Positions 15,952 through 24,725 of a stretch of 64,000 nucleotides of DNA are shown here, one piece after another; positions within the stretch are counted from its first letter, which is position 1; the number at the start of each line of letters is the position of its first letter. The notes beneath the pieces were generated by a model that saw nothing but the letters and a program-made list of their open reading frames with translations, was not told the origin of the DNA and made no database searches. Origin of the DNA: a virus. Taxonomy: Duplodnaviria; Heunggongvirae; Uroviricota; Caudoviricetes. The position numbers and the translations under genes were made by a program. The stretch spans positions 107,001-171,000 of the IMG/VR virus record IMGVR_UViG_3300021387_000463; one strand, given 5' to 3'.

Positions 15952-16088
15952 GGGTACACACAGCAAGTATAAATTTACACTTCAAACAGACTGTCAATTT
16001 GTGTAACGTGGGTTCGATTCCCACCCCCTCCGCAAAGAGAATTAAATAAACTGGAGGGGTTGAAATGTTGGTTTTATGTACCCTTTTA
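15952..16088 (+). ncRNA. permuted/split tRNA-Asp(GTC) unit inside a TACAGCAA element
   Basis: 5' gggtacacacagcaa (15952-15966); D-stem 3' strand ttca; anticodon arm acaga/ctgtcaa/tttgt; T arm gtggg/ttcgatt/cccac; acceptor 3' cccctcc-g (16025-16032); 20-nt linker; acceptor 5' ggagggg (16053-16059) + D-stem 5' tgaa; complementary tgtaccc (16076-16082) + ttttat. Confidence 0.4.
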
Positions 16089-16161
16089 TGGCTCGATAGT
16101 TCAGTTGGTAAAATACTCGATTTGTAATCCTGAGTCCTCAGTTCGAATCTGGGTCGAGCCT
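16089..16161 (+). tRNA. tRNA-like, anticodon arm irregular (loop contains uuuguaa; TGT or GTA)
   Basis: perfect acceptor ggctcga/tcgagcc; T arm ctcag/ttcgaat/ctggg; D arm ta-gttc-agttggtaa. Confidence 0.4.
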
Positions 16162-16166
16162 CAAAC

Positions 16167-16293
16167 GGTGACGTAGCTCAGTCGGTAGAGCACTAAAAAA
16201 TCAACGTGTTGCCTCGTGTGCGCAACCCACAGCAAATATTATGATGAATGGCTGTTAACCAAGGGGTCTGTGGTTCGAGTCCACACGTCACCG
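16167..16293 (+). tRNA. oversized tRNA-like gene (127 nt) with ~75-nt insertion after the D arm
   Basis: perfect acceptor ggtgacg/cgtcacc; canonical D arm ta-gctc-agtcggta-gagc and T arm tgtgg/ttcgagt/ccaca; insertion carries gcgcaac-CCACAGCAA and gctgttaacc. Confidence 0.35.
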
Positions 16294-16299
16294 CAACTT

Positions 16300-16372
16300 G
16301 CCTCGTTAGCTCAGTTGGTAGAGCGATTCTGTGGTATGGAATAGGTCGTGGGTTCAAGTCCCTCACGTGGCT
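16300..16372 (+). tRNA. tRNA-Thr(GGT)
   Basis: anticodon stem attct/ggaat with loop gtggtat; same acceptor/D arm family as 15745. Confidence 0.5.
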
Positions 16373-16374
16373 CA

Positions 16375-16572
16375 ATGGAAGAAAGGAAATGTTATTACGT
16401 CTGTTGCTTCATCGAGGGCAGAGAAAAGACGATTGAAATGCCTCCTAGAACTGGCCCTTTGACCTTATCAGAGGCTGAAGATGTGAGAAAGAAGAAGAGT
16501 AGTGGTAGGTATCGTAGGAAACTAAGATATAGGATTCTCGATGCAGAAAAAAACGAAATAGTAAAGTTATGA
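16375..16572 (+). CDS. small basic protein (65 aa)
   Basis: ORF starting right after the tRNA; KKKSSGRYRRKLRYR. Confidence 0.4.
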   Translation: MEERKCYYVCCFIEGREKTIEMPPRTGPLTLSEAEDVRKKKSSGRYRRKLRYRILDAEKNEIVKL

Positions 16573-16769
16573 GTCTTTGGACATTTTACACGATAGGATG
16601 CTTGATTGCGTTTGTATGGGGTACAAATGATTACTACGAGTTCAAGGTTAGAAATCGCATGTACAATGGGCGCATATTTGACGATATGGAAGATGCGTTT
16701 AATATGATGGTGTTTTCCCTAGGTTCATGGATTGCTGTTATCACACTTTTATTCAGTGATGATGATTAA
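16569..16769 (+). CDS. small membrane protein (66 aa)
   Basis: ORF with two hydrophobic helices; ATGA overlap. Confidence 0.45.
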   Translation: MSLWTFYTIGCLIAFVWGTNDYYEFKVRNRMYNGRIFDDMEDAFNMMVFSLGSWIAVITLLFSDDD

Positions 16770-16783
16770 TAAATCTTAAAAAA

Positions 16784-16815
16784 TTTGGTTGTTCCATTTT
16801 TTTTTCGTATCTTTG
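16784..16815 (+). promoter_or_regulatory. Bacteroidetes-type promoter
   Basis: aaaTTTGgttgttccatttttttttcgTATCTTTGca. Confidence 0.55.
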
Positions 16816-16843
16816 CATCATAATAACGTAATCTACGAATAAT

Positions 16844-17125
16844 ATGTTAGAAATAACAGAGAAAATATTGGCTAGCATCCATGCCACACCAATGACATAT
16901 AGCGAAATAAGTGATTTGCCATATCTTAAGACAATATCTCATTATGGTATTGATTTTTCAATTGAGACGTTGATTAAGAGAGACTTTATAATTGAGAAGA
17001 TTGTCGATAGACATCCATACCGTACAAAAGAGTATAGGAGAAAGTATGGCGAAGTTGTGAGAGTAAAATATCGTGCAACGAAGAAAGGTGAGAAGTATCT
17101 TGCTGAACATGGATATTTAGACTAA
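16844..17125 (+). CDS. hypothetical protein (93 aa)
   Basis: ORF 28 nt downstream of the promoter. Confidence 0.55.
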   Translation: MLEITEKILASIHATPMTYSEISDLPYLKTISHYGIDFSIETLIKRDFIIEKIVDRHPYRTKEYRRKYGEVVRVKYRATKKGEKYLAEHGYLD

Positions 17126-17278
17126 TCTATTAAAAAAATTTACTATATGGATAAGATTAAATGTGCGAAATGTGGAAAGGAAACTGAGATTGACATTAGC
17201 AAGGCCATCGATGCCGATGGTGAGGTGTTCAAATGTAATCATTGTGGTTATCCGTTTAGATACGCAAAATAATAATTT

Positions 17279-17668
17279 ATGAGAGAGTTAGACAAGTTTT
17301 CGAGGAATGGTGCAGAGTTATATAGTAACGCTGTAAAGGAGAGAGCAAATATCAACATCGAAAAAGCTGCCAACAGAATTATCAAGTATATCGCCTCAAG
17401 ATATGAGGGAGAAATCAAGGCAGCAATTGACCGTAATTACAATTGTAAGAAAATTGATATATCTTTGCCTAGAGGATGTAACCCTGAAAAGCTTAGCCCA
17501 AATAAGGCTGCATGGGGGAACATCTTGAATGAACTAGACAAGAGAGTGAATAAGCATTTTGGAGAACTTGGTTTCCATATTACCTTGTGTAATGGGAACT
17601 CATGTAACTGTTTGTTTGATTGCATCTGTAACAGAGGTGAGTTCGTTGCTAAAATAGTATGGGAATAG
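17279..17668 (+). CDS. Cys-rich hypothetical protein (129 aa)
   Basis: ORF; CNGNSCNCLFDCICNRG. Confidence 0.5.
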   Translation: MRELDKFSRNGAELYSNAVKERANINIEKAANRIIKYIASRYEGEIKAAIDRNYNCKKIDISLPRGCNPEKLSPNKAAWGNILNELDKRVNKHFGELGFHITLCNGNSCNCLFDCICNRGEFVAKIVWE

Positions 17669-17680
17669 TAACCCATAAAT

Positions 17681-17753
17681 GGGGCCATAGCTCAGTTGGC
17701 TAGAGCGTTACCCTTGCAAGGTAAATGTCGTGGGTTCGAGTCCCACTGGCTCC
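17681..17753 (+). tRNA. tRNA-Ala(TGC)
   Basis: G3-U70 pair present; anticodon stem ttacc/ggtaa with loop cttgcaa; T arm gtggg/ttcgagt/cccac. Confidence 0.65.
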
Positions 17754-17761
17754 ACTTAATT

Positions 17762-17833
17762 GGTAGATAGCACAGTAGGTTAGTGCAGCGGACTGTTAAT
17801 CCGCAGGTCGTGGGTTCGAGTCCCACTCTTCCA
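17762..17833 (+). tRNA. tRNA-Asn(GTT), second copy
   Basis: near-identical body to 12695 (gcgga/ctgttaa/tccgc). Confidence 0.6.
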
Positions 17834-17915
17834 GCAATATTTTTAGGCTTTTATGAAGCATTATGGGTTAATATATCGTTCTGTTCTAGTAATAGAGATA
17901 TGTTACTCGCTTCTG

Positions 17916-17985
17916 ATGCGGATAGTACAATGGTTAGTACAAGTTCTTATATAACTAAATTAGGGTTCGAGTCCCTATTCGCATG
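17916..17985 (+). tRNA. tRNA-Ile(TAT) candidate (AUA decoder)
   Basis: acceptor atgcgga/ttcgcat; D arm ta-gtac-aatggttag-tac; 4-bp anticodon stem agtt/aact with loop cttatat; T arm taggg/ttcgagt/cccta. Confidence 0.35.
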
Positions 17986-18006
17986 CTAATTTAAATAAGA
18001 AAAGGA

Positions 18007-18669
18007 ATGATAGCTGCTTTTGATACATATTATTATAATGGATATTCTTATACTGTAGCTGGAGTATTTAAGTCATGGAATGATAAAGATATTGCTTACT
18101 ATGCTACTAGTAAGAGGATGTGTATTGACGCAGAATACAAACCAGGAGAACTATATAAGCGTGAGCTTCCATGCATTATGCAATGTTTGGCATTATTACC
18201 ACTTAAGGATATTACGCTTATTATGGTAGATGGTTTTGTATGGCTTTCTGAGGATGGTAAAACCTTAACGAAGGGTTTGGGTGCTCACCTTCAAGATGCA
18301 ATCTTTAAGAAATATGGTGAGAAAATTACTGTTGTTGGTGTCGCAAAGAACAGATACCATGTAAATATACCAGATTGCTATGATATAGAGCGTGGTTTGG
18401 AATCAGCAAAGCCATTGTTTGTAACATGTAGTGAACACTGTCTTGCAGAACATTATTCAAACATGGTCAAGATTATGTATGGTGATTATAGAATACCAAA
18501 AATCTTGAAAGATGTAGACACTAGGACAAGAGAACTTGGGCATGAACATTCTGAGGAGATAGAAGCAGAACTTGAAAAAGAATATAACTCCAAACCCATA
18601 GATATATCAATTGGTGATTTTGATGAATTTATGGCAACTTGTGAAAAAAATGGTTTTAAATATAGATAG
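18007..18669 (+). CDS. nfi: endonuclease V (deoxyinosine 3' endonuclease; also cuts inosine-containing RNA)
   Basis: RELP, MVDGFVW, GLGAHL and VVGVAKNR align with E. coli Nfi blocks REYP, FVDGHGI, GVASHFG and IGVAKKR. Confidence 0.6.
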   Translation: MIAAFDTYYYNGYSYTVAGVFKSWNDKDIAYYATSKRMCIDAEYKPGELYKRELPCIMQCLALLPLKDITLIMVDGFVWLSEDGKTLTKGLGAHLQDAIFKKYGEKITVVGVAKNRYHVNIPDCYDIERGLESAKPLFVTCSEHCLAEHYSNMVKIMYGDYRIPKILKDVDTRTRELGHEHSEEIEAELEKEYNSKPIDISIGDFDEFMATCEKNGFKYR

Positions 18670-18782
18670 AAAAAAAATGAAGAAATGTGAAAAAAGAAAT
18701 AAAACTTGTGGACTATGTAAGTCTCTTTTGATAATCGCAGTGGCATATACAATGTCTATTCTTTTGGCTTTATATTTATAAT

Positions 18783-18853
18783 AGGTGGTTATGTTAATGG
18801 TAAACGGCATCTCTCCAAAAGATGAGAAAGGGGTTCGAATCCTCTACCGCCTG
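18783..18853 (+). tRNA. tRNA-Trp(CCA)
   Basis: anticodon stem catct/agatg with loop ctccaaa; acceptor aggtggt/accgcct. Confidence 0.55.
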
Positions 18854-18966
18854 CGATAATCCTTATCGAGTTTACCTCATTTTATGGGGGAGGAAAGCAC
18901 TACTTGCAGAGTCTAGAGATAGACTAAAACTTTAAGTGACGTGGTAGGCCGAGGAAGCTTACCTTT

Positions 18967-19206
18967 ATGAAAAGGAAATTTAATATCACTATGCAAATAC
19001 AGTATATAGCAATTATGGTGTATCTCCTAGTTGGTTTCGTACTATCATATTATTGGTTTATACGTGACTATGAAAAGGAATACAAAAAGAGTATTGAGGA
19101 TGGCGAAGCTGAAGAAAAAGGAATGTTCAGTTTAGTGATGTTACTTATGACAGTTTTATGGCTATTCATTTTGATTAAAAATCTAATAACGCAGAAAACT
19201 TTATGA
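18967..19206 (+). CDS. small membrane protein (79 aa)
   Basis: ORF, two TM helices. Confidence 0.45.
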   Translation: MKRKFNITMQIQYIAIMVYLLVGFVLSYYWFIRDYEKEYKKSIEDGEAEEKGMFSLVMLLMTVLWLFILIKNLITQKTL

Positions 19207-19385
19207 ATTTACCTAAATCATTCATCAAGAACAGAATGTTTGAAATTGGTAGGACTGTTATAACACATCCTAGAAAAAAAATTATTGAATTTTACCACAA
19301 AAAGATATCTTGGTGGATTGAAATTTATGGCATAAGACTTAAGCATAGTGGATATTATCTAATGTTAAAAAAGATTTGTTTCTAA
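19203..19385 (+). CDS. hypothetical protein (60 aa)
   Basis: ORF, ATGA overlap. Confidence 0.35.
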   Translation: MNLPKSFIKNRMFEIGRTVITHPRKKIIEFYHKKISWWIEIYGIRLKHSGYYLMLKKICF

Positions 19386-19972
19386 TGGAAGTTACAGTAT
19401 TTGACAAAAATCATATCAAGGTTGCTTATGGTGGGATTAGCAAAACTGATAGCAAACCAAAGGTTTCTTGGACTACTTTTCGTGAAAGAGTATTCCCAAA
19501 AGGTATGTCCATTACCACGATAAAGGAGAAATCTGAAGATGTGGTCAAAGAATCGCCACTAGGTTTCTATTATGAGTCAATACAAAAGGTAAAATATGAG
19601 GAACAAACTCCAGTTAGTGCAACTATTGAATTTCACAAAATACATATAAATCTATTTACAAAATATTATGTGATTACCTATCCAATATCTTGTAATGATG
19701 TTAAGATAGGATTTGATGCAAGACCTTGGGATATATGTATTGGCGATATGTCAATGAGAGAAAATTTTATAAAAGCTTTGAATAAAATTCTTGACAATAT
19801 ATTTGTATCTGCTGCCCCAATCAAGGGTATCGCTAGAACTAGGGAGAAGGTTTTCAAGGAAGTCTTTGGTAATACAAAGGGTTATAGCACTGTTGATAAC
19901 GAGGTAAAAATTATCTCTCATGGTTTTGACCCAAAGGAATCTTTTAGAAAGGTTAAAAAGAAGAAGAAATGA
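19376..19972 (+). CDS. hypothetical protein (198 aa)
   Basis: ORF. Confidence 0.5.
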   Translation: MFLMEVTVFDKNHIKVAYGGISKTDSKPKVSWTTFRERVFPKGMSITTIKEKSEDVVKESPLGFYYESIQKVKYEEQTPVSATIEFHKIHINLFTKYYVITYPISCNDVKIGFDARPWDICIGDMSMRENFIKALNKILDNIFVSAAPIKGIARTREKVFKEVFGNTKGYSTVDNEVKIISHGFDPKESFRKVKKKKK

Positions 19973-20589
19973 AGCATACAAAGAGATATATGGTGATATT
20001 CCAGAAATGGGGTAGGATAAAGTTTCACGAGGATAAGACTGAATATGACACGATTACTGAAGCAATGGAAGAAGCCAAACTCCTAGAGGAATTCTATGCT
20101 GATACTCCATGTCCAAAAAAACTTACTAATTATAATTGGTCTACTAAGAAGTATACCAACTATTACGAATGGGGTGAGACATATTTGGATGAAGCTCTTT
20201 GGGGGTATGTCATTCTAGACTTTGATGAAGAGAAAGTTGTAAAGTGGGGACATGACCAACTTAAGTATATCACCAAGGATGAAGATATAAGAAAAGTCAA
20301 AGACAGATTCTTCAGAAAAGAGGGTGAAGTACCAGATGACTACAAATGGGATATAGGCGAATATGAAGGTTGGCTTCAGTTCCGTTGGGGCAATGGTAGA
20401 AACTCAGTTGAATTCGGAGAGAATGCTGTTATAGACAGCAAAAATAATACTCAGAAGTGTGTGAGACGTTGCAGCATTAAAAAGAAGAAGTATCGCAATT
20501 TTACATATGATGAGAATGAAGAGTTAGAACTTGACAAACTTAATGAGGAAATATTGGCAGAATCTAAGGTTAGCGTAGATGGAAATTGA
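19969..20589 (+). CDS. hypothetical protein (206 aa)
   Basis: ORF, ATGA overlap. Confidence 0.5.
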   Translation: MKHTKRYMVIFQKWGRIKFHEDKTEYDTITEAMEEAKLLEEFYADTPCPKKLTNYNWSTKKYTNYYEWGETYLDEALWGYVILDFDEEKVVKWGHDQLKYITKDEDIRKVKDRFFRKEGEVPDDYKWDIGEYEGWLQFRWGNGRNSVEFGENAVIDSKNNTQKCVRRCSIKKKKYRNFTYDENEELELDKLNEEILAESKVSVDGN

Positions 20590-21003
20590 TAATGCACAGC
20601 TCAGTGACTTATACAAAATTAAGGGTAATATATTGAATGACATTTTGAATCTTAATGAGCAACTTAGCAAAAAGAAATTAGCCCTTTCAATAGTCAATAG
20701 CAGAATTAAGAAATTAGAAGAGAAATGAAAAATTGTTAAAAGATTTGGAAATCTCAAAAATTATATATATCTTTGCATTGTTAAACAATTTAATATCAAA
20801 TATTATGTTAGAATTTATTATCGGTTTAGTTGGTGGTTGGTTCGCCTACAAGTATAAGGATAAGGTGGGGCTGTAACCAAAAGGTATAGTGGGACAAGAG
20901 AACTGTAATAGTGGAATCTGAAACATAGCGAACAACGTGCCATAAGAAGCCTCAGGTCTTGTTGAAAGGGCGAATCACACTTTAAAAACAAACGCCCCCA
21001 AAT

Positions 21004-21087
21004 GCTTGAAGACATATGAATAGGTAACATCTACGAGACCCACAAGGGTTGACGGAATAGTAGGTTCAAATCCTACCGCAAGCACCA
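21004..21087 (+). pseudogene. tRNA 3' fragment ending in encoded CCA (T arm gtagg/ttcaaat/cctac, acceptor 3' cgcaagc-a-cca); 5' half degenerate
   Basis: no complementary acceptor 5' strand (gcttgaa pairs only 5/7); CCA is directly followed by the TACAGCAA 5' motif. Confidence 0.3.
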
Positions 21088-21088
21088 A

Positions 21089-21230
21089 GGAAACAGACAG
21101 CAATGGTTATTTTTTTAATAAGCCTTGTAAGCAGTGGGTCATGGGTTCGAATCCCATCGAGGGGTGTAAGCTCCTTGTAGCTCAGTCTGGTCTAGAGCAA
21201 CTTAAAATGTTAAAAACGTTTCCGATTTTT
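21089..21230 (+). ncRNA. permuted/split tRNA-like unit inside a TACAGCAA element
   Basis: 5' ggaaacagacagcaa; T arm atggg/ttcgaat/cccat; acceptor 3' cgagggg-t; 5-nt linker gtaag; acceptor 5' ctccttg (all 7 pair, 2 G-U) + complete D arm ta-gctc-agtctggtcta-gagc; 3' acgtttcc gattttt. Confidence 0.35.
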
Positions 21231-21248
21231 AATTAAAACGAAATAACA

Positions 21249-21809
21249 ATGGCAGTAGGTGTAATTATCGCAAGGCTTCAGCCAATACACAAGGGACACC
21301 TTGAGTTGGTCAGACAAGCTCTTAATGAGAATGACGAGGTTCTTATCCTTGTTGGTTCAGCAGACAAACTGAATAAGCGTAACCCAATTCCTATCGCAAT
21401 GCGTTTGGATTTGGCAAAGAGAGCAATAACTGAGGAGTTTGGTGAGGGCGCTGGCAAAGTTAAAGTAATGCCACTCAATGACCTTACAGATGAATCAGAT
21501 AATTCTCATGATTGGGGATTTTATCTCTACAGCCATATAGTTGGAATCACTAAGTCACTTGAATTTACCATTTATTATTCAGATGGATTTGAGATTATCA
21601 TGCAGTGGTTTCCTCCATTCATTACAAGAGACTTCGTTTCTTTTAAATTGAATGCTAGAGGTGCAATCCACAACAACTTGTCTGCAACAAAGGTAAGACA
21701 GATGATTCTCAAGGGTGATGAAAATGCTCTCGCAGAGGCAGTACCAACTTGTGTTGCTGAAAATGCGGTAATATTGAAACATTTCATTGAAGCATTTCAA
21801 GATGTATGA
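21249..21809 (+). CDS. nadM: nicotinamide/nicotinate mononucleotide adenylyltransferase (NadM-type NMNAT)
   Basis: ARLQPIHKGHLELV = (H/T)xGH nucleotidyltransferase motif in the archaeal/phage NMNAT context GRFQPxHKGH. Confidence 0.6.
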   Translation: MAVGVIIARLQPIHKGHLELVRQALNENDEVLILVGSADKLNKRNPIPIAMRLDLAKRAITEEFGEGAGKVKVMPLNDLTDESDNSHDWGFYLYSHIVGITKSLEFTIYYSDGFEIIMQWFPPFITRDFVSFKLNARGAIHNNLSATKVRQMILKGDENALAEAVPTCVAENAVILKHFIEAFQDV

Positions 21810-22024
21810 ATTATCAGTATGGAGAAGCGTTTTTGGAGATAACTTTCAAAGATGGCAATAAGGCACGAATTAAAAGGGATGCAATAACTGATATCTACTC
21901 ATACAAAGAAAATGGTGTTAGCATTGTAAAAGTATCCTTTGATAGAGGAAATAGTTCACATTATTATAGATTCGATGGAACTCTAGAAGAATTTGAACAA
22001 AATTCCAAGATTGTATATTTATAA
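21806..22024 (+). CDS. hypothetical protein (72 aa)
   Basis: ORF, ATGA overlap. Confidence 0.45.
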   Translation: MNYQYGEAFLEITFKDGNKARIKRDAITDIYSYKENGVSIVKVSFDRGNSSHYYRFDGTLEEFEQNSKIVYL

Positions 22025-22163
22025 TAGCTAGTTCCGTAGTACGATATATAAATTGGCAAGCGTATAACGTAGTTGTTCCTATAACGAACTCATAGCATAT
22101 TAGGAGGTTCAGAGAAACTTGTGTGGTGAAGAATCGGAAATCCGCAGACTAGCTTTTTTTCAT

Positions 22164-22237
22164 GTTGATGTAGCTCAGTAGGTTAGAGCACGTGACTGAT
22201 ACTCACGAGGTCAGGGGTTCAACTCCCTTCATCAACA
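22164..22237 (+). tRNA. tRNA-Ile(GAT)
   Basis: perfect acceptor gttgatg/catcaac; anticodon stem cgtga/tcacg with loop ctgatac; canonical D arm. Confidence 0.65.
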
Positions 22238-22780
22238 CAAAACATAATGGGCTTGAATGGTATAGAACGTTATGCGTCTGGTAAAGGACAAGCAGTGGGC
22301 ATACACTTCAAATAGCAAAAAAAACAAACGCAGAGAACGTAGATTCTCCTGCTTATGAGTACGCTATAGCTGCGTAAGCATGAGCCGAGAGGCTAGGCTC
22401 TTAGGAACAGAACATCCTAGCAAACTTTTTTTAGCTTCGTGCTAGATGGTGGAATCGGTGACTCTAGTCATCCCCCAAGTTTTCCTTGTTTTCTCAAAAT
22501 AAGGTGGCGGATTTTCGACAGCAATGTCAACTTTCCAATTTAAGCTTGTATAATCCTTTATGGGATGGTAATTGTGACGAGGGTTCGAATCCCTCCAGGT
22601 CCACTTAATAATCAGTCAGGGTTGGATGATGAAGTAAACTTTTACAGTAAAGTTATGCTATATTAGGATAAAAGTCATGTATTAATCTGTATAACATACA
22701 TGGAAGGGAATCTTTCATAAGTACATTGAAGAGGTTCGTGTAGCTGATTATTTTATAAAAGAAAAAAAGTTCTTTGAAAA

Positions 22781-22812
22781 TTTGGAAATCTCAAAAATTA
22801 TCTATATCTTTG
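22781..22812 (+). promoter_or_regulatory. Bacteroidetes-type promoter
   Basis: aaaTTTGgaaatctcaaaaattatctaTATCTTTGca. Confidence 0.6.
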
Positions 22813-22836
22813 CACTGTTAAACAAAACAATACATT

Positions 22837-23088
22837 ATGAGTAAGATATTAGAGAGCGAATTTAGAAAAGAGTTGTATAAGTCTCTTACTGAGGCTGGCT
22901 ACGAGAAGAAAGAAGCTCAAGCCATTGTAGGCAAGAAGTATTATGAGGCACTTAAAGTTGACCTTGTAGATAGAATGAAGAGACAGATTGCAAACATAGA
23001 AAGTGAGAATTCTGAGTTGGTACTCAGTGCAGAGGAATATAACAATGCTCTTACTGAGTTAGAAAAATTAAAAGAATTTGCAAAATGA
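22837..23088 (+). CDS. hypothetical coiled-coil protein (83 aa)
   Basis: ORF 25 nt after the promoter. Confidence 0.55.
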   Translation: MSKILESEFRKELYKSLTEAGYEKKEAQAIVGKKYYEALKVDLVDRMKRQIANIESENSELVLSAEEYNNALTELEKLKEFAK

Positions 23089-23332
23089 TGAAAAAAAGTT
23101 CCTAAAAAATTTGGAATTCTCGAAAATTATCTATATCTTTGCAAAGTGAAAAGAAATAAATGAGGAAACTAACAGCAAACATTTAAACATCAAACTGTAA
23201 ATTTGAACAACGTTTAAAAAGTTTCCGTTTTATTATATAACATAGCGGCAGAGTGAAACAGATTACACGCTAGGCTCATAACCTAGAAACACCAAGTGCG
23301 ACTCTTGCGTGCCGCCACTTGATTTGGAAGAT

Positions 23333-23443
23333 ACCAGAGGAGAACAGTCGTAAGGCTGATGTAGACAAATGGGCACTAAGTTCGTGCTTAGTGTGCTTCT
23401 TCAGAAGCTTCGTGGTGTGCAAATCCCACTCTTCCAACAAGGG
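23333..23443 (+). ncRNA. structured RNA repeat unit, copy 1
   Basis: direct ~111-nt repeat of 23504-23617; hairpin cactaag-ttcgtg-cttagtg vs catcaag-ttcgtg-cttgatg in copy 2 (compensatory changes). Confidence 0.4.
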
Positions 23444-23503
23444 AAATGCTTAAGGAAGCGAATAATTTGTGGTGTACAAAGTAAAAAAACACCTTTTGGT
23501 AAG

Positions 23504-23617
23504 TACCAGAGGAGAACTGTCAGCAATGGCAGATGTAGACAAATGGGCATCAAGTTCGTGCTTGATGTGGCTCTTCGGAGTCTTCAGCAGTGCAAATCTG
23601 CTCTTACCAACGATTCC
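23504..23617 (+). ncRNA. structured RNA repeat unit, copy 2
   Basis: see copy 1; shared taccagaggagaac...gatgtagacaaatgggca...gtgcaaatc. Confidence 0.4.
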
Positions 23618-24440
23618 AACATTGTAGGCTTCGGCTGAAAATGAGGAGTTTGGCTAGCTTTCGTAGCCAAATGAAGGATAATCCAGTGATGGGACTAAAT
23701 GTGATGTGAAATTGACCATAGTAGCATTGCAGATATGTAGGGGCAACCCTATGTATTTCACTGAAAAGCATATGGCACGGTCTACGCTGGGGGTAACACC
23801 CTAGGCGTAGGTTCTCAAGGGCTGAATGTCTTTGAGTGAGTGGTAACACAATAGATTGCCATATGGAACTCGATGCAATAGTCACCAGTTGGCGTGTTGG
23901 GTTCAGTTATATGCTAGTCTCAAGTTGAAATGCTTGAGAACCGTAAGGCTGATAGTATGTAATAGCAATTGGACTTGTGGTGAGTCTTTGTAGGGAGGCG
24001 ATTTCGTGGGTCGTGCTCAAAAGGCACGAATGCGATGGGTCGCACCTCGTCTTCCAATGGTCGTGCAAATTTCCAAAATTTGATTTGAAATATGGTTCAA
24101 ATGTTTATTTAGCAAAAGTGTGCGACACTAGGCAGCTAAAATGCACTTATCCTTCTGCAATATGAAGGGGTTGGGGACTCGCAAGGAATCCAACAAGAGA
24201 GTAAAAGTACTCGTCTGAGTCAACAGGAGGCATCCTGTGAATCCGCAAGAGCTTGGCGAAGAACTGAAATCTATGATGCTGTACCGAAAGGTTTAAACTA
24301 GTAAGTGTTTGGTTGTTTTCGCAAAACCTCCGTGCATGGTGTCTACGGCTATCGTAAGGTAGCGTGTGAACAGCAACGTCCAACCGTTGTGAAATGACAT
24401 CTACAACAAGACAATGTTCTCAGTCTTTTGTTTTTACATA

Positions 24441-24564
24441 GGGAGTTAGCTTAATGGTCAGAGTAATTTTGTTGCGATTTAAGCTACAACACAGTCTCGA
24501 CTTCGGAACAGATTGATGCTTTAACTGATAATGAAAAAATGGTGGTTCGAGTCCATCACTCCCT
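24441..24564 (+). tRNA. oversized tRNA-like gene (124 nt)
   Basis: acceptor gggagtt/cactccc (6/7); T arm ggtgg/ttcgagt/ccatc; body contains ctgataa (Ile-type loop) and a UUCG hairpin. Confidence 0.3.
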
Positions 24565-24725
24565 GCGTACCGTTTTGGGGCACTTTTTGAGTAAACAAAG
24601 TGTTAAACTTTGGCACTAGATAGCTACTAGGTGTTATGGGTTGGAAAGTTTGAATCCCTTGGGGGTTTGTAGAATGTAATGTTTTTAACCAACTGTTTTT
24701 GATACGGCTTAATATTTAATTATAT

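Noticed and set aside
17783-17989. + ORF of 68 aa
   Set aside because: It spans tRNA-Asn and tRNA-Ile(TAT), with no promoter and low complexity.
1525-18669. Genome-wide TAG recoding inferred from the CUA suppressor tRNA
   Set aside because: Within this window several genes end cleanly on TAG (for example 1525-2400, 9377, 18669), with promoters or the next gene immediately downstream, so standard code explains the local annotation. Recoding of distant late genes remains possible but cannot be seen here.
20818-21030. Minus-strand ORF of 70 aa
   Set aside because: It sits inside a noncoding RNA-rich spacer holding tRNA fragments, on the wrong strand.
23369-24383. Several 60-100 aa ORFs on both strands in the 23.1-24.7 kb block
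   Set aside because: They overlap the direct structured repeats and have no promoters, no RBS-like context and mixed strands. The block is better explained as ncRNA.
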